A stretch of DNA of 64,000 nt, from assembly GCF_040938485.1 (NCBI RefSeq), contig NW_027272204.1:186001-250000 (forward strand), given 5' to 3'. The DNA comes from Diadema antillarum (Eukaryota). Below, piece by piece: positions 37,516 to 50,450 of this stretch. Numbering within the stretch: the stretch's first letter is position 1; the number at the start of each line of letters is the position of its first letter. A program made the translations under genes and the position numbers. The notes beneath the pieces were generated by a model, which had not been told where the DNA came from, did no database searches, and worked only from the letters and a program-made list of their open reading frames with translations.

Positions 37516-39254
37516 GGCAATGTTACTAAAAAAATTAAGAGAATCCCACAAAATTATTATTATTTTTTTTACTGAAAAGTACACATTCCCCTCTTGATAC
37601 TGACATATATTAACGGCAACACAATTTCCCTTGTTTTCTGCATTCCACCCGCTTTGATGTTCCATGCTCCCAGCCACTCTCCATTTGAGCTGGGATATAG
37701 TGACCCAAAAAGTGGTTCTTAATTTCAACAATTTTAAGCTGTATGTCAAATGAAATTTTGAAATCTTGTACGGAATTTGGTGGTAATATTGTATGGAACA
37801 AATCATTTAAGTTTTTTCTGCAAATCTCCTTGCTATCAATGCACCCAAAGACTGAAAAACAGAAATATGGGTATATTTCTTTTTAAAAGTTAGCACTTAA
37901 CCATCTCATACACATTCGTGCATAATTTGGTTTACCAGGTGTAGGACTTGAATGGTACATCCTTGGGATTAATTAATGGGCTGATATTTATTTCTGCACA
38001 CTATAGCACTAAAGAAGCACAATTTTTGACATAATCTTGTTTGCATACATGTATCATGTCCTTTGAAAACTATATAATTGCTGCTGAAAATATTGGAAGG
38101 GACATCAACTGCTGCTTGCTGGATTTGTTGTGATAGGGGATTGATGCATACTTTCACAGAAGTGCTCTCTTCTGTCAAAGCAAAATTTTGACAAGCGATA
38201 GAGCATTTTACTTCTCCGTGGCTCAGAGCATGGGTACAAAGGAGAGAATCTGGTTTCTTCTTGCTCCATAACACCTCCCTGCTCCATACCTTCAAAACAA
38301 CTTTCGTGCCCTTTGTGATGTCATGAACAGTATAGGTCAGCACTGAAACAAGCATCCCAAGGCCTACTGTTATGCACCTTACTCTGACAATAGCAGGGAA
38401 GGTCATACTTAATATCACCTCAGAACTTTTCAATTATGAGAACCATTGCATCGTGGAACAAAGTTCTCAAACTGTGTCCATGGCAGGAGAAGGTGTAGAG
38501 TTACGCATATAAAACCCGTCTTGCTATTGTGAGCTGGTGCACCTGGTAATGGCAATGACCACTTCGTTCAAGTAATGTTAGGTACATTGTATGAATATTT
38601 TGCTTCCTCGTTTTCTGATACTAGTAATCACACTACCTTGGCATGAAATGTATGGGGGACAGAGCTTCAAGAAAATCAAGAGTAATGTTTATAAAGACAT
38701 GGTAGTGTGGGGATACATGGGGGCCTATGGTGGCATCAATTCAATTCAATGCAATTCAATTCAATGGGTGGTCCGATTAAATCCATCTACATTTGTTGCT
38801 TTCCAGGGTACACTCCGAAAACAATGAACAGCATCTGCCAGCATGCTCAATGAATATGTGCATCTCGGTGCAAACTCATTGGTAACCGCTGCTCGAGTCG
38901 AAATTCTTTGACTGTGTGTGTACTCACATAGAGATCAGTGATAAAGCTGTACATAATTTGTTACGGGAATTTTAAAATATATCGGAGCTGCACCAGCCTC
39001 CCACTCCATGGTATCCCCATACGACCAAGTCTTCAAACTAAAACAAAATAATACTGCGACATATCTACTGATGATTATCAACCCCGCATTACTTCCTTTC
39101 ATGCAGAAAAATCACAAAATCAAAATCATGTATTGATCTGTCATTCCAAGGGTCGACAGACATTACATTCTGGTTTTGCAGTTTCTGGAGAACAGTACTA
39201 GGAGATCTAGAAAGAGTGCTTTGAGGCACGCCCGCACTCTTCTGCGAGATCCTC

Positions 39255-42200
39255 TCACTTTTCGGCAGACTTCTTCCGCCTACTCGTTTTGTGGAAGACC
39301 GCCTTGATGAGGTCCACGCCTTCCGAGTCACTGCTGTCCGAATCCGAGTCCTCGCTGCTGTTGGAGTATGTCCCTATTCCTGGCAGCACCGCGATGCACC
39401 GAACCTTGCCTTCGTCTGATGAGTCCTCTTTGACGGCAGAATGATCATCTCCCTCTCTGGTGAGATGTCCGTTATCTGTCGAGGAGGGATGCGTTGGGGG
39501 CACTCCTGATGAACTGACCGCAGCGCTGTCCGTGGGCAAGGGATTCTCAGACTGCGGGGGGTCATCCACGGGCTCCGACCTTGACGACCAGGATGACAAA
39601 ATAACACAGAATCATTATAAACTAATATCAATGCCAACACCTGGCAACTGGACACAGGCATTGTCGTATACACATAATTACTTGGAATGACCCCTCTTCA
39701 ATGTCAAGGTTTAAGTAAATACACACATTTCTGCCCATTCCAGAAACACTTCAGCATCTATGTTCGAGAGAAGACAAGTTCATTAAATGTTTACTGTTAC
39801 AGGTGGTATACACACCTTTTGAAACTTAATAGATGTGTCACTACAGACTAGTCCACTTTCCCTTTATAAAACATCTCTATATCTACAAATATTAAACTGA
39901 TGAATTCCTGTGTCAGCTGAAGCACCTACTTCTTCCTCTTGACGGCACCAGCCAGCAGGGCCGCCTGGCTGCGCTTGCTGCTGGATCGAGGTCTCCTCTC
40001 GGCAGACTGACTGGCTGGCTTTGTAGACTGACTGGGTGCAGATACCGTCCTGCTCATGATGGTTTCGTATTGGGCGGAGTCAAGGATGACAACAATTTGT
40101 TCAGGATAATTTGCTAAATGGTACAGTGTAATTAAAGAATTCATGATATACATATTCATGTTTCATCCCCCTTTCTCTTCTTACTATTTTTTTTTTGTCA
40201 ATGGAGTTACAATTAATTACACATTGATTCAAGAAAAAGAATGATCATAACAAAAATTAATTAAAAGCAAAGATTACTAGCTAATAGAGATCCTTGTTTG
40301 ATAATGCCATTGACTCATAATTCTTCCACAGATTAGAACATAGAGGCATATTCAATCACATTTCTTGGTCAACAACTTACAGCTAGAATAATAGGACCAT
40401 TTCAAAAGTCATAATGGCTAAACTGTTATACAACTCTAAAACTATATGATGTAAACAATAAATGTTTTTGTCGTAAAAAAAAATTCAAGAAAGGAAATTC
40501 AGCAAAGATTTGTGTACAATAGAGTCACATATTTCGTAACTGCATATTATTTGCATATATACATATATACATCGTATACAGGTACAGTAGCTTTAAATGT
40601 ATTCAAAACTAACTATATAACCTGTTATTGAACTTTCTTGTTAATCCATGAATTAAGAAAAGGATATCTTGCATTCGTTTATGAGCTGCTTCTCCTCATC
40701 AAGTCGTTGGCTTTCAATCTTCATCTGTTTTTCAGCAACGTCGTTCAGGAAATTTGACTCATCCTCGTCAATACCACGAATCATGTTTTCTGCAAAATGT
40801 GGCATACATGATAAAAACAAACATATATGCATGCAAACAAGAAATGAATAAACTGCTGATTAACAGGACACTAAAGGGCAAGTGTGTTCAATGAACATTC
40901 AATTGTAACCTGTTGATTCTTAGACATACAGGCATTTCCCTCCTTGCTTGGCAAATTAAAATTAAAGTCTTTGAGACAACAACCTACATGTAATATCTAT
41001 TAGTCAATGTTTGCTATCTCCTCTCCCTGTACAAATGTACTCAGTCATATAAGATCTCTTCCCATGTTCAAGAATTGCCCCATGTTAATCTTATTTATTT
41101 ATTGTATCTATTTTGTTCAAGGAATTGACACATACAGCAAACTCAGAGAATGACCTTTGATGTTGCAAACATTACATTGTACTTCATGATAATCTGACAA
41201 GACTTCTCTGTGACAGTTTGCACAGGGAAATTGTACTGTTCAAAATGTTTTTTCTTCAGTTATAACTTTACAATCACCATTGTACCTCACCATTTTTTTT
41301 TTACTACTGTAAACTGTATATCAGTTCCTAGAGCAAACTCAGCAAAACAGTATGATCATGCAACATTTCACTGAATTATATGGATTATCATTTTCTCCAA
41401 ATTCATTGATAGAGGCAATTAACACAAGATATGCACAAGACTTAGACTGTAAATTTTGCAAAGTTGACTATGTCCACTACTGCAACATGAAGAAGAGAAT
41501 TAGCAATTCATAGCCTAAGTTCATGGCACTTCATTAAGTGACTTGAAATTACCCTACTCCTGTCTAAAACTATAATTTGTGTCATACACTTGTGTACAGT
41601 ACATAACCATATAAACCTTTGTGATTTTTTTTTCCATTTATGCCGGTTAAAAGAAACATAGAAAAGAATAATAAACAAAAAATTAAAAAAATGGATACTA
41701 CTATTATCATCATCCCATCATCTACTTGTATGCAAACATTTCTTCTACATTAATATGTCTTTTTGGTTTTTTTTTTAGTACCGGTACTAGAACTGACAAT
41801 AGAAACACTGAACCAAATATACACAAAACATCAATTCTGCAGCAAGAAGATATGATATGACACATAATAAACATAAACAAAATTGAATAATACTCGGCAT
41901 CTCATTACTCTCTCACAATAACTGAATACTTAGAAAATATGGCATATGGAAACAAAAATCAGGGCTTTTGTTTCAGTTTTTGAAAGCTTCTTCTTTTCAA
42001 CAGCAAGGCAAATCAAACAATGCTGTCTTATAAATGGAGGAATTAATGCAGGTGAAGATGATGCTGATACGAAGAGGATTATTTTTTTTCTTAAATATTG
42101 AATTTGTAAAGATAAATTCTCTATGACTTTAGAATTTAATCATGCATGATGCAGTATGGATATCACAATATAATGATTATTTATCATTCTCTGTAACAAT

Positions 42201-43535
42201 TATACTATAGTAAAAGATCTTCGTTGGAAAGATGTTCTTTGTAGTGTATTATGCATATGCCCAGTATTGCTGTTCTATATTATTACGATGTATTGTGTAT
42301 ATCTCTCCTGTGTATTGTTGATGGAAGGCACATTCTCGCAGTTGTATTTGTGGACAATACAGCATTCAATTCAACTCAATTCAATTCAATTCAATTCATT
42401 CAACTGCACCATTTTAACTGTTAGATATTTCATATGTTAGATATTTCATATTACCTCAGGAATGTGCAAACTTTACCTATATCATAGGACTTGATATTAG
42501 CACTGGACAGTGGCCTGGGGTCACTAAAATTTACGTTGAGCCACCAGACTTTTGGTGGCTTGATGTGGCAGCTTAACTTCAAAAATGAATTTTTATATTT
42601 TCTTTAATTTCGGGCCACTACATTTCTTTTTCTTTTTTTCTTTTTTTGGCAGCAAAAGTTATAATTCAAAGATATTTGTGGCCTGAACGGGACATCAGAG
42701 AATAATGTTAGTGTCGAGCCCGGCCTAAGTATGGATACTTACTAAATTTGAATTGCTCATCATAGTCAGACTGTTTCTTGTCCTTCTGTTCCTGTAATTT
42801 CTCAAACAGAGATCGAGGATCATATTCTTCTTCCGGACATTCTGTTGCGGAGGCAAAAACAAAATAAAAGAGTAATTACTCCCACATTAAAGCAATGATT
42901 TACAATGTAGTTCTCGTTGAGACTGGGCTTCACATTTCCAACTTTTTGGTGAGATAATGAGAAACCTCTCAATGAAAGAGTATACAATTCTAAGATAAAT
43001 TCAAAATTTATATAGAAAACAAACCCCTAATAAAAAAAATATTTGGGTGCGCACAAACTGGATGGAGAGATGTCCATAGTTTGTCTGTTATATGACAATC
43101 ACTGTTTTTATCATACTAATCATATTATTTTTTTACATATCTATTTGTAATTGTAAATTCATTACCCCTTGTCTGACTATTGTTGTTTTACTGATTCATT
43201 CAATTAAATTCATTTACAATGTATCAATTGATTTCATCTGCAATTGTCACATTTCTTCAAGAGGGCCACTTCATTGCTTCTTGTCGAATCATGTTTTGGT
43301 CTTTTTACTAATTCAAACCATCGTCAAGATCACCAGAAGAAAACTGAAAATTGGAGTTTGGGTTTGTCATTAATCTTGTTTTCTTCCATGCGATACGACC
43401 ATGATCTAAAGAATGGGTTTTGTTACCTTCTGGTTGATCTGCTGTTCGCACCTTCTCCCATTCTTCTTGGCGACGTTGTCTCTGCGCCTGAAGCTCACTC
43501 TCAGAGACAAATGCTTTCAAGTTGGCACTTGCCAT
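39255..43535 (-). CDS. PSME3IP1: PSME3-interacting protein (FAM192A/NIP30 ortholog), 263 aa, 5 coding exons
   Basis: complement join(43427-43535, 42743-42841, 40668-40789, 39930-40066, 39255-39579) gives 792 nt in an open frame. Peptides [71 protein letters not shown] and [24 protein letters not shown] match my recollection of human FAM192A. Confidence 0.93.
40067..40667 (-). other. U12-type AT-AC intron of PSME3IP1
   Basis: 5' end ATATCCTTTT (40667-40658), branch point TCCTTGAC (40086-40079) 13 nt from the terminal AC (40068-40067). Splicing restores the frame (phase 0). Confidence 0.9.
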
Positions 43536-43791
43536 ACCCTTGGAGAAAAGATCAGACAAAACAAAAACAAACAAGACAGTGAAAGTGAGCACATATTGCA
43601 CCCAGTATCATCAGTCAAGGACTTCCGAAGTATGGTAATTTTTGTATTTCATTTATCTTTTTTACACTCGGTTCACAATTTATATTACAAAAAAGGATTC
43701 TGTAAACAGTCTATAGTGGTGGTAGTCAAGCTCTCAAAGATCAGACCAAACATCAGTAAGAGGTTGTACTGTAACTACAGTACATGTACAG

Positions 43792-43915
43792 CAGGGCTGC
43801 ACACACAAAGCCATTTTTTCTACTGGTCCAACCTTTATGTCAGACCAGTAGGTACCCAATTTTTTTTTTTTTTTTTAACTGGTCCATTCATGAAAATGTC
43901 ACTGGTCTGACAGTA
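43792..43915. mobile_element. MITE fragment, CAGGGCTGCAC family
   Basis: Shares CAGGGCTGCACA..GTCAGACCAGT.GGTACCCA..CATTCATGA..CTGGTCTGACAGT with 61645-61805. Confidence 0.6.
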
Positions 43916-45316
43916 TGAAATACTGGAGAGTATGGTCGTATAGATTGACTATATTTATGGGAAGCATGCGTTACACATATTTCAATCTTCACAATTAAAA
44001 TTCATTGCAAATAAAGGGCTCGTTTCATCAAGCATTCCAAAGTGAACGCACGCACAGATTAAATCTACTTCTGACCATACAAATGCCTGGTGTGGCTATC
44101 TATCTTGTACATTTAACGTTAGGCAGCGATGCACAAGTCGGAGGTGCCGAGGTATTATTTATTCTTATTTGATTTTAAACTTTCATGTTACTAGGCCCTA
44201 GGGATTAGTAGAACCCCCTTTGGATACGGTGGCCTTGCCCCTTTAGGGGTCTAATTAATTCAATAATTGTAAATTTATCTTTGTTTGTAAAAGAGAAGGC
44301 AAGATTTTAATCTCCCTCTTTTGAGACTTTCCCATTCAAGAAGCTTCATCATATTTGTCAAAGTTAGCTGTTCTGTCATAAAAGTCTAATTTAATTGTTG
44401 TAGTTGTTGTAAAAGGTGTATATTATATGCAAATCTTGCTGCTGGTTTTTGGATCTTTTCAGTTAAATTACTGTAGGCTCCTACATGTAAATTTAGAACA
44501 TTCATAAAATTTAAATTTAAGTTTACATGCTTGTTGATGCTGATTACTGATGTTGATACAAATCATACTGATGTCGTGATGATGTTTAATGAGCTGAGCT
44601 GACTATATTGCAGAGCTACCAAGTCTCACGCATTCTGCGTGAGACTCAAGCATTTAGGGTCTGTCTCACGATCTCACGCATGGCACCCATTTTTCTCACG
44701 CGTCTGGTGAAGTCTGCAATTTGGGCCAAAAATAAGGAGCATTGCTCAAAGGAATGAAAATGACATATGATGTGTTAGTTGCAATTGAAGGTATATTTCC
44801 CTTTTGCCTTTCAAAATTAGTATAAAATAGTCACTTATTAAGTATGCACCAGATCGCATCATTAAGAGCTAATAATCTAAAAAAGCTCCCTACATGTACC
44901 ATCCATGGGAAGGGGACACCCTCCTCGTTCGCGTGCGCATGCGCGCGAGAGCCGAGACATAAAAATCTCACTCATAAAAGTTTTTTGAACTTGGCATCTA
45001 TGTATATTGTAATCTAATATGAAGCTGAGATGAATGAATATCATTCGTATATCCTCCTCATTTGAATACAATAGTAAGAATACAGATGTACCCCCCCCCC
45101 CCCCACCCCGAACTGAAGTGAAATGATTTTATCTACTCAGTAGCAGCTAAAACTTCGCGATACATACCGCGGCGCTCGCCCACCCACTTATAAGCACTAA
45201 CACTACAGTCACAGTGCAGTGTGTGTGTCAGTAGGCCCTACTAACGTTAGTAGAGGGTCTAGTTACAATACCAATCCAATACAATGTCAATAGCGTGTCC
45301 ATCTTACTACACTTAC

Positions 45317-45500
45317 ACCGCGCCGATTTCTATGCACGGGACCACACCAAATTTGTGTATGAGTCTATGAACTAAACTGTTAACCCATACTATACCGCGG
45401 ATCATTCAGTGAACAATGAAATCAAAATCTATAGTCACGCCTTATTCTTACTTTTAATGAGAGACGGAAGGGCCAAGTCACGGTATTCCCATCAGATGGC
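45317..45500 (-). promoter_or_regulatory. Probable non-coding first exon / promoter of PSME3IP1 (upper bound approximate)
   Basis: GTAAGT donor at 45316-45311 on the minus strand in CpG-rich sequence. The first coding exon has an acceptor 3 nt before its ATG. Confidence 0.5.
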
Positions 45501-45618
45501 GCATTCGTTTCCAGCTAAAGTAATGTTTTTGTAGACATCTACACAATTCCTGCACCGGGCCGTGTGTACGTGTAGTAAGTATTTCTAGTCGTGCGATGGA
45601 ATAGATCGGTAACGCTAG

Positions 45619-45931
45619 GGTAAGCACTATTTGGGCACCCGTCCCGCTTCATCATGAATATTCATCAGGCAGTAAGATACTGTACTAGTAAATGGCAGAA
45701 CGCTGGATACGTGCAAAACGTATGGCCGGGAAATGTAAAAATCTCGAAAAATTGCATCAACGGGGAATGTTAAAACGTCTCGCCGGGAGAAGGAAAAATG
45801 TTCAGTTTTGCCGAGAAATGTAAAAACGCTGCCGGGAAATGAAAAAAATATGTATTTTAACGGTATTACGGATACATGTAGATGATGAATATTCATGATG
45901 AAGCGGGACGGGTGCCCAGATAGTGCTTACC
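45619..45931. mobile_element. MULE-like MITE copy 1 (about 50-bp TIRs, 9-bp TSD)
   Basis: TIR GGTAAGCACTAT(T/C)TGGGCACCCGTCCCGCTTCATCATGAATATTCATCA at both ends. TAACGCTAG flanks both sides (45610-45618, 45932-45940). Confidence 0.85.
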
Positions 45932-45943
45932 TAACGCTAGAGT

Positions 45944-46254
45944 GGTAAGCACTATCTGGGCACCCGTCCCGCTTCATCATGAATATTCATCATCTACATG
46001 TATTCGTAATACCTTGGAAATACATAATTTTTTCATTTCCCGGCAGCGTTTTTACATTTCTCAGCAAAACTGAACATTTTTTCATCTCCAGGCGAGACGT
46101 TTTAACATTCCCCGTTGATGCAATTTTTCGAGATTTTTACATTTCCCGGCCATGTTTTGCACGTATCCAGCGTTCCGCCATTTACTAGTACAGTATCTTA
46201 CTGCCTTATGAATATTAATGATGAAGCGGGACGGGTGCCCAAATAGTGCTTACC
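45944..46254. mobile_element. MULE-like MITE copy 2, inverted relative to copy 1
   Basis: Same TIRs, with the interior the reverse complement of copy 1. Left flank CGCTAGAGT and right flank CG--AGAGT form a 9-bp TSD with a 2-bp deletion. Confidence 0.8.
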
Positions 46255-46868
46255 CGAGAGTTATAGCGCGCTATGTAAAAGTAAATGTAAAATATCACAG
46301 TTGTTACTTTTTAGTTTATTGGTACTCAAATAATTGATGAAAGACATTTTAGCCATATATAAGTCTAGATCTGTGTTTAAAGTATTTTAAGTTACCCTTA
46401 TAAAGTTGCAGCTGAATTTTCAGTTTCTAAACAAGTATTGCATGTGAGGCAGAAATTGTAATGAACGAGGATGTAGTGTTTACCGCGAAATGGTGAACTG
46501 AGTGAGTAAATTACTAGAATGCTTATGTTCATTTGAAGTTTTCACATAATTCCACTGTATTGTTTTAATGTTCATGAAGTTTCTCTAAGAGATTGATGTG
46601 TATATATATTGATTACTAAATCTTGTATTCATATCTTAATTGCAAATGGTAAATATGAACATTATTTTTGTACATACTGTGTATTTACAGAGTAGAAAAA
46701 TTAAAAACCTAGTAGACGCTAGGTCTATACAAAATATTTAGTATATGGGACTACATAATTTTATGCTCTTCTCTGCATTCATGTCAAGGCGGGCGGTACT
46801 GCGCGCTCAATAGGTAGCGAACTACAGGGCTCCGGGCTGCGTGTTTTTTTTAGACGGCACAGATTGGG

Positions 46869-47018
46869 NNNNNNNNNNNNNNNNNNNNNNNNNNNNNNNN
46901 NNNNNNNNNNNNNNNNNNNNNNNNNNNNNNNNNNNNNNNNNNNNNNNNNNNNNNNNNNNNNNNNNNNNNNNNNNNNNNNNNNNNNNNNNNNNNNNNNNNN
47001 NNNNNNNNNNNNNNNNNN
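46869..47018. other. Assembly gap (150 N) inside an inverted-repeat element
   Basis: Run of N flanked by AGACGGCACAGATTGGG (46852-46868) and CCCAATCTGTGCCGTCT (47060-47076). Confidence 0.9.
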
Positions 47019-47098
47019 CTAACCCAACGTTTTTCCCATAGGTTTAACACGCGCCATGCCCCAATCTGTGCCGTCTTAAAAAAAAAACGCCTCCGCCT

Positions 47099-47284
47099 CC
47101 GGGCTGCCAACATTGGAAACTAGTTGAGAGTGAGACTCCCATAGGCCAATGCTGTTATTTAGGAGTCAAAATGAGTGAGATCAATAGAAATGCATGCAAA
47201 TGAAATAAAGTTTTAGAGTGAGAAAGGACCAAAATGTGTGAGTCTCACTCTCAACTGCTCAATGAGTGAGAGTTGGCAGCCTTG
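47099..47284. mobile_element. MITE, (C)AGGGCTGCCAAC family
   Basis: GGCTGCCAAC...GTTGGCAGCC termini with internal (G)TGAGA repeats. A related fragment with a 10-bp hairpin begins at 44611. Confidence 0.6.
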
Positions 47285-47492
47285 AAACTATCACTTATGA
47301 TTGTAATATTGTAATTTGTATGTATGGTACGTAGGGGTATGGTTGGGTGTTCATAATACCGGACACCTAACATTTTTCTATCAATAGAAACGTGAAAAAT
47401 CTCACAATTTGCCTGAAATTTTACTCACGTGTGGAGAAAATACTCCGGATTCACAAGTGCGCACTGAAAATGCGATCTGAGGTACGCGCTCT

Positions 47493-47503
47493 AAGATGGC
47501 GGC
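47493..47503 (+). promoter_or_regulatory. YY1-type promoter motif near the TUBGCP2 TSS
   Basis: Exact AAGATGGCGGC in CpG-rich sequence. A candidate first-exon donor (AG|GTAGGC) lies after 47959. Confidence 0.55.
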
Positions 47504-48380
47504 TTCGAACGCGTGGGGTGTCATTTTTTCCGCACTCAGTTGCCCTGCTCATTTCAGCCGACCACCCTGACAATACGTAGAAAGGGCACTTAAATGCGTT
47601 TTTTCGACAGGCCGCTGTTTTTTTTCTAGCCGTCATTTTTTCCCCAATAATATTTGAATATATTTTGAATCCTTTGATATTACTTTTGAAGGACTGTTTG
47701 ATGAATTTGACTTGATTTTCATTAGGAAACTTTTCATCGTAATTGAAATAAATTAGATGAGTCGGTTTGTTTTTTTCACGTTCATTTCTCGTTTCTGCAT
47801 CAACTCGTACGGTCGTAGCTAGCGGGCGACAAAATGTTTATGTCATGTGTATGTGTAACGTGTGTGCACGATCGTACAAGCGGCGGTGACAATTTTGCGT
47901 TCAAAATCGTCAAATTTATTACGGAAAGATACTCTACATCTAACAACGAATCAGCAAAGGTAGGCCTAACGTGTTAGTTATATAGTTACACGATAAACCT
48001 TATTCGATTTTGCTAAATTTCGGTAATTTAGAGGGAATACTTAGTTGTTTTCGCCACATTTTACTCGGTAGCGTAACCCAGTGAAGAATCGAACACCGTT
48101 GCGCGTAGTCCCATGCGTACATTTTCTTTCTGTACGCGCAATGCCATTATAATGCGCGGTCGGTCGTTATGGACCCGGTCGGTGGGTTGAACACCTACCA
48201 TACCACCTATCGGCAGGGTACCTTCCCGTCGGCACCCTGCGTATCATGGCTGTTTGCGTATAGAACGAAAAGGTACGCGCAGGAGAGTGTCATTAGCTAT
48301 ATTATGTAGACAATAAAAACGAAGAAACGAAAATTAAACTCAAAAACAAACTAACACATCCGCTCAGTAACGACACATGG

Positions 48381-48468
48381 CTGTGAAATTCACATGTACG
48401 GTATTACCTATGGCCTGTGAAATTCACGTGTATTACCTATGCTGTGAAATTCATGTGTATTACCTATG
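48381..48468. repeat. Short tandem repeat, 3 x about 27-34 bp
   Basis: CTGTGAAATTCA..TGTATTACCTATG starts at 48381, 48415 and 48442. Confidence 0.8.
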
Positions 48469-49954
48469 CTATGTAGGGGAGGGGGTGCCAATCGCAAGGT
48501 ACCCTTTTTAGCTGCGCGAAGAAAACGGAACGCACGCACTAAAATTGTGCTATTTTAAAACGGAGATTCATAATCAACGAGACGGTCACGACATTCAAGA
48601 CTGCAGTATTTATGGCATATTTTAGATAAGAATTAGGCGAATTTGTGTTATATTTTAAGAATAAACAAGCTACAGATCCTTAGGATGACGATAGGTGGTA
48701 CCCCCAACCCTACAAGATGAGGAATGGATTAGCTAACCAATGTTACACTTACAGGTTAATTTTCCCGTAGTTGATATTGAAAGAGATTATCAATGATTAC
48801 AGGATTCTATTTATTTTTATTCTGCATAATGCACGGGAGGAACCACACAAGGTCACAACACAAGTTCACAAGCAAATGCAGCTGGCAAGGGCAGCCTGCC
48901 CGGCGATGATGCGCGCGTGTGTGTGTGTGTGGGTTGGGGGGGGGGGATCCAAAAATAAAATTCTTCCAGAGACGAGAGTATGCAGAGTAGAGTGAGACTA
49001 GATTTCTAAACTCTGACTGTTTGGAGTGTTAGTCTAGAGTCCAGCATTGCAGCAATGTAATGCAAGGCCATCATCTCGCAACATGGGATGCATTCAAACA
49101 CTATTGAAGCCTACCGTCATGGCCGTACCCGCGCCGGAGGAACGCTCGAGCAATAATGTTGATCACTCCCAGGGAGTAAAAAGTGGACCTTCCTGATGAG
49201 CTCGAAAAAGCGTAGCATAGCAAAAAGGAACACCCCACCAGAAGTTGCCATGCCATGTATTAGGACTGCATGTTGTCATATGCACATACATGTATGTCAT
49301 ATAGATGCAAAGAGTTTATTCTCTTGTGTTTGGTACTTGTATCTGTAAGTGAAGTGTGCACGCCAGATATGCAGATAAATACCAGGTACCCTTAATTGTA
49401 CAAAACGTGTGACCCCTCTGAAACTAACCTCTGAGGTACCCTTTCTCCTCAGAGCGCTAAATTGCTCCAAATCTGGTGCAGTAGATTTTGATTTAGTGCA
49501 TTTTGGTTTGCTTTTGAGCACTCAAACGCGCCATTGAGTCATGCACAAAGCCAGAGTTTTTCAAGACCCATTTTTCTTAACAACAGTAAAATCTTAACTT
49601 GTTTGAAGGACCAAAAAGGGGCCTGTTAAGCTAGGGATGTGAATAATCTTCTCTTTAATTGTGAACAGTCCCTGGCCTCATACAACATTGTAAGCTTGCT
49701 AAATGAAATTTGAGTTTCTTATTTTTTTAATTTTTTTTTTTTTACATGCAGTCACTTTTCATATTACCAAGTTCATGAGTTAGCATGGATGTGTCTGCAG
49801 AGCAGAGGACACTGTACTGACCAAACCATTCAGATGCAGATTCAGAAAAAAGAGAGAACCAGTTAGAGTTACCATACCAAGATTCAACCACACAAAACTT
49901 GTGGTAATGGGTACAAGTAGTCCAAAGTCTGTGGTCAAATATTGAATGGCTTAA

Positions 49955-50222
49955 ATGTGTTGGCTCAGTGAGTAGAGCAGCTGCCCCTCACAATCAGGAG
50001 GTCGCGGGTTCAAACCCCGGCCGCGTCATACCAAAAGACGTTAAAAGATGGGAGTTGCTGCTACCTTGTTTGCCGTTCAACAGTTGAAAAGGTTAGAGCA
50101 ACGTCGATCTGGCACTGCTCAGTGGCTGCCGGGCCCACGATCAATTGGGCAAAATGAATTTCCATTCTTGGACAATAAAATTTGGAGTTTACATCCAAAA
50201 CAATTATTATTATTATTATTGT
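49955..50222 (+). mobile_element. tRNA-derived SINE
   Basis: A-box TGGCTCAGTGAG (49961), B-box GGTTCAAACC (50007-50016), a central GTCATACCAAAAGAC..AAAAGATGGG domain (Meta-domain-like from memory), and a (TTA)n tail. Confidence 0.75.
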
Positions 50223-50450
50223 TATTTTACAGTTATAAATTAACAGATTGGTAGACTCTAGTTGGTAGCAGACAAATGAACTGGGTATGAAAAGCATGAA
50301 AATGACTTGATAATGTATCTGATAATATTAATCCTTCCAGTCAATGCTAACTGCATCACACATCGGTCATGTGAGTCACTAGTTTTACTTATGTCTGTAT
50401 CTGCAGTTTTACTTGGACTGCCTGAAATTCTTCTGTATTCATGATTCATC

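Noticed and set aside
37969-38433. 154-aa minus-strand ORF
   Set aside because: It has a TTG start, no recognisable domain or splice pattern, and lies where the PSME3IP1 3' UTR or downstream region is expected. A BLASTX search would settle it.
49193-49215. CTGATGAGCTCGAAA hammerhead-like core
   Set aside because: Stem II is only G-C around 2 nt, and no stem I or III pairing or properly placed UH triplet could be built.
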